Source of the DNA: Tubiluchus corallicola
Lineage: Eukaryota; Animalia; Priapulida
Direction of reading: 5' to 3'
Assembly (NCBI GenBank): GCA_030141605.1
Contig: JAQGDQ010000262.1
Coordinates: forward strand, 1-64,000
Length of the DNA: 64,000 nucleotides
Below are positions 60,957 through 64,000 of this stretch, in pieces. The notes under the pieces were generated by a model. It searched no databases, was not told where the DNA came from, and worked only from the letters and a program-made list of their open reading frames with translations. Made by a program: the position numbers and the translations under genes. Every line of letters starts with the position of its first letter. The stretch's first letter is position 1.

Positions 60957-61624
60957 CAGCAAGTCTTCGCTTAGCGACTCCCCGTTTAGCGACGTTTCAT
61001 TTTAACGACGCTGAGCATTTGCCGCCTTTCCGCACTTAAAGATGCACATTTTATTTTAACGACAATTTTCTTACTTTGCTCAAAGTCATTTTTTATTTGA
61101 TCAACAATTTTTTTACCATTTTTAAGCATAAAAAGTGTACATACTACGTTATTTTATTGCGCAAACACATTTGTAATATGAAATCAGTACAATTATTATT
61201 ATGCCTGACTACTAAATCTAGCCATTTGAGCGAGATTATTTGTGATTTAAACGCCTCCAGGCACCTGAGTGCAAACTTCATGTGAAAGAATTTTACCTAC
61301 AACCTGTTCCTATAGCAACCACATTGAGTATCTAGATGAAGTTGTCTCAAGGTCACCCCATCGCTCGAGTTTCGGTATGCAGTATCAGTGGTTTCTAGCA
61401 AGCAGAAAGAATTCAATCGCCAGAAATATGAATAAAACTCATAAAACATTTAAATTGTATGTTTTAAAGCAGTATTGATTTTTGTTGCTGGAATGTATCT
61501 CAACTCTTTTACATTGCTTTCTATGGAAGCCTTGGCTTAAACACACATTAGCTTCGTTTAATGATGTTTCGCTTAACGTTTCATTTTGCTGGAACGCATT
61601 AGTGTCATAAGTGAGGACTTACTG
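60957..61624. mobile_element. Tc1/pogo (Tigger-like) MITE
   Basis: TA|CAGCAAGTCTTCGCTTAGCGAC ... GTCATAAGTGAGGACTTACTG|TA. Confidence 0.75.
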
Positions 61625-61824
61625 TATTGAAAAGGTGCCGATTTTGAGAAATTCGCTCCGGAGGGCAGTTGCTCCTCTATTAGCTACTCCACTGTGAACA
61701 AATGTTCTTCGAATAGTACGTGTTAATTAAAAAACCCCAATCGATTACAAAGAACACTTACATCCACCTAAAACGTGAAACACAGTTGTTCCTATGAAAA
61801 CCACGTGTAGCTACAGCGGTACTG

Positions 61825-62327
61825 CAGGGATGAGAATTTTCCGCGCATACGCGGAATTCCGAGTTTTTGGAAGACCAGTAGTGCCATTTTTGTAAATCGC
61901 GTCAATTCGTTGAGAAAATTTTTACGGACCCAGTACATTATTTCACAAGCTGACCGCTAGTTGGCAGGCCGTCACTTTGTTTACATCACGTACATCAGTG
62001 TAACCACGTGTATATCTCTATGTATAAAAATATAGAATCAATTGTGCGGAGTTATTTGAGTCAATTGCAGACAGTTTTTATATACTTTTGCATAGGAGCT
62101 GCCAGTACTTGAGACAATTAGGTATCATGTATCCTTGATAGTTGGGTATTTTAAATTATGCATGAAACAGGGTAACTGATATTTTAAGTCCACTTAGAGG
62201 CTCTCTATGGTCACAAATTGCTGGTTCCAAGGGGGTTTCGTCCCTTTGAACCCCATCGGGGGCCTAGGCGGCCCCAAAACCCCCGGCCTGTTTCAGAGTT
62301 TTTTGCAATTTGTCATTCTCATCCCTG
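61825..62327. mobile_element. Non-autonomous DNA transposon, TIR CAGGGATGAGAAT (copy 2)
   Basis: 13-bp TIRs; perfect 7-bp flanking duplication GGTACTG. Confidence 0.88.
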
Positions 62328-62525
62328 GGTACTGAGAAAAGTCGAACAGCATTTCATCAAATTTGAATTTGACGGACACCTAGTGACATCTATCACTTTT
62401 GTGTGATGTAACGTTCAAACTCGTTGTTTGTTTTCGTTTATCAAGAAAAAAATTTGTGTACAAAAATATAGCAACCGTGGACAATAACATTGCTTCAATA
62501 TCTAAATTCTTAGCTGGTACAATAT

Positions 62526-63160
62526 ATGAGCTTGCATACCAAAATCGTCCATAAGTTGGCAATTAAGCTTCTCTAGCTATTCACAATTCACTTTTTATGA
62601 GGATCATTTTGGTACCAAGCTCATTGCTCTGTGTTATTTCTAAGCTGAGGTAATCCACGTTGAAGGTAAGGTGCACACTGCACACTGAAAGACTTAACCT
62701 TGAGAAAATTGTTGTTAAAGTTAGCCATTGTTTTTTTTCTGTAAACCACACAAATACTGGTTGCTACCGACTTTGCAAGAACACATTGAAGTTACGTTTG
62801 CATCCAGTAGATGGCTCTTCCAGTGATGAAGATAAGGGCTTGGCAACAGGAAAAACCCGAAGCAAAATGATTGCTTCCACGAGCTACCATCGGAGTTTGA
62901 AAATACAAGTTTTTTACAATTGCAGTACTAATTTCTAGCCAGAAAAGTGGATATGGGGTTATAAAATTAGATTTTTAGTTTTTTTTGAACGTTTTCTTGA
63001 CAATTTGATGCTAGAATATAAAAGTCCAATATATTTAGTGTTTGTTTTTTCTAAAAAAAATTGACATTCAACCAAATTTTTGGTGCACTCTACTTTGAAG
63101 CATCATAAAGTAGTTTTAATGCAGTGCCGTCTTATGGATGGTTTTGATTTGCAAGCACAC
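62526..63160. mobile_element. Non-autonomous TIR element, Sola-like (copy C)
   Basis: About 40-bp imperfect TIRs; TSD ATAT/ATAT. Confidence 0.75.
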
Positions 63161-63331
63161 ATATAACTTTTTCATGTTCTCACATTTGATTTGTGCATGT
63201 TAGTTACATTTGTTAGCTGATTTTGTTTGGTTTTCTTCTGTATTAAGTATTAACCACTCACATTTTAGTAACTTACTTGATTTGCATCTTTTTTCTCTAT
63301 GTTCTTCTCTCTCTGTACTTTGCTGTTCTAG

Positions 63332-63354
63332 GATGTAAAACGTCATGTGGAAAG
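63332..63354 (+). CDS. Candidate 23-nt micro-exon of VIRMA (DVKRHVE+)
   Basis: Very long polypyrimidine tract ending TTCTAG; open in phase 0, matching the previous exon; followed by AG|GTCTGC. No homology support. Confidence 0.4.
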
Positions 63355-63465
63355 GTCTGCTTCTTCTAATTGTAGATGTTCAAATTGTATGTCAACTCGT
63401 CACTTTACTTTGCACAGTATGAAGACTTGTAGTAGTGTGAGAACTGTCCAGGTATTAATATAGAT

Positions 63466-63963
63466 CAGGGGTGTGCAAATTATCTGACTAGCCGGGCCAC
63501 ATTAAACTTTCCCGCAATTCCTGCTGGCCACATGCAGTTTGATCAAGGAGCCAAGTACAGAAAGGCCTAATAACGATTTTTTTGCATCCGACCTGCGTAC
63601 ATCATCACTACTACACTCAAGAAACTTTTAGAAGTTATTAAAATTTCTATTACAAACCATATATTTCTACTTTCAGGACAGATAGTGGTAATTTCATTAC
63701 AATGCATATTAGTAATGTGTATCACACAGTCTGTGTAGTACAGTGACATTAAGCTACAACCGTCTTGTAAGGGTTAATGGCATCCGATCTAGTAGAAAAA
63801 ACTACCCGCACTATCTTTGGGATCGTGGCACGGACTTCAGCTGGATACACTCAATTAATCGCCCGGGCCGCACTTTCATTAGGTTGACAAATCTCTTCGC
63901 GGGCCGCACAAATTCTCTCGGCGGGCCGCAAGTGGCCCGTGGGCCGCAATTTGCACACCCCTG
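63466..63963. mobile_element. hAT-superfamily MITE (copy 2)
   Basis: TIR CAGGGGTGTGCAAATT; TSD ATATAGAT/ATATAGAG. Confidence 0.92.
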
Positions 63964-64000
63964 ATATAGAGACAAGCACGTGCATGTTTTGCAGCTTTAT

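Overview
This is AT-rich, intron-rich animal genomic DNA (invertebrate inferred from the divergent proteins and TE content), not prokaryotic. Five genes can be rebuilt by hand with phase-consistent splice sites. (1) A CHD6-9/Kismet chromatin remodeller on the minus strand: ATG 25093, 19 coding exons down to 2844, 3' end outside the window. (2) A complete 16-exon SAMHD1 on the plus strand (29685-44671, about 639 aa) with two GC-AG introns. (3) Mitochondrial peptide deformylase, minus strand, 2 exons. (4) Tubulin-folding cofactor C, minus strand, ending only 104 bp upstream of the PDF start. (5) The 5' part of VIRMA/virilizer on the plus strand from 53895. Introns are full of non-autonomous DNA transposons (hAT, Tc1/pogo, piggyBac, Mutator, Kolobok- and Sola-like, called from TIR/TSD), RTE and CR1 LINE fragments, Penelope-like remnants with hammerhead-ribozyme cores, and minisatellites. 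The most notable signals are a TBCC-PDF pair that looks like one transcription unit with a splice acceptor just before each ATG, an inverted hammerhead-bearing Penelope-type repeat in a CHD intron, a chain of three overlapping mini-uORFs before the CHD start, and an unannotated signal-peptide/furin-site small ORF. All calls come from reading the sequence; no database searches were run.
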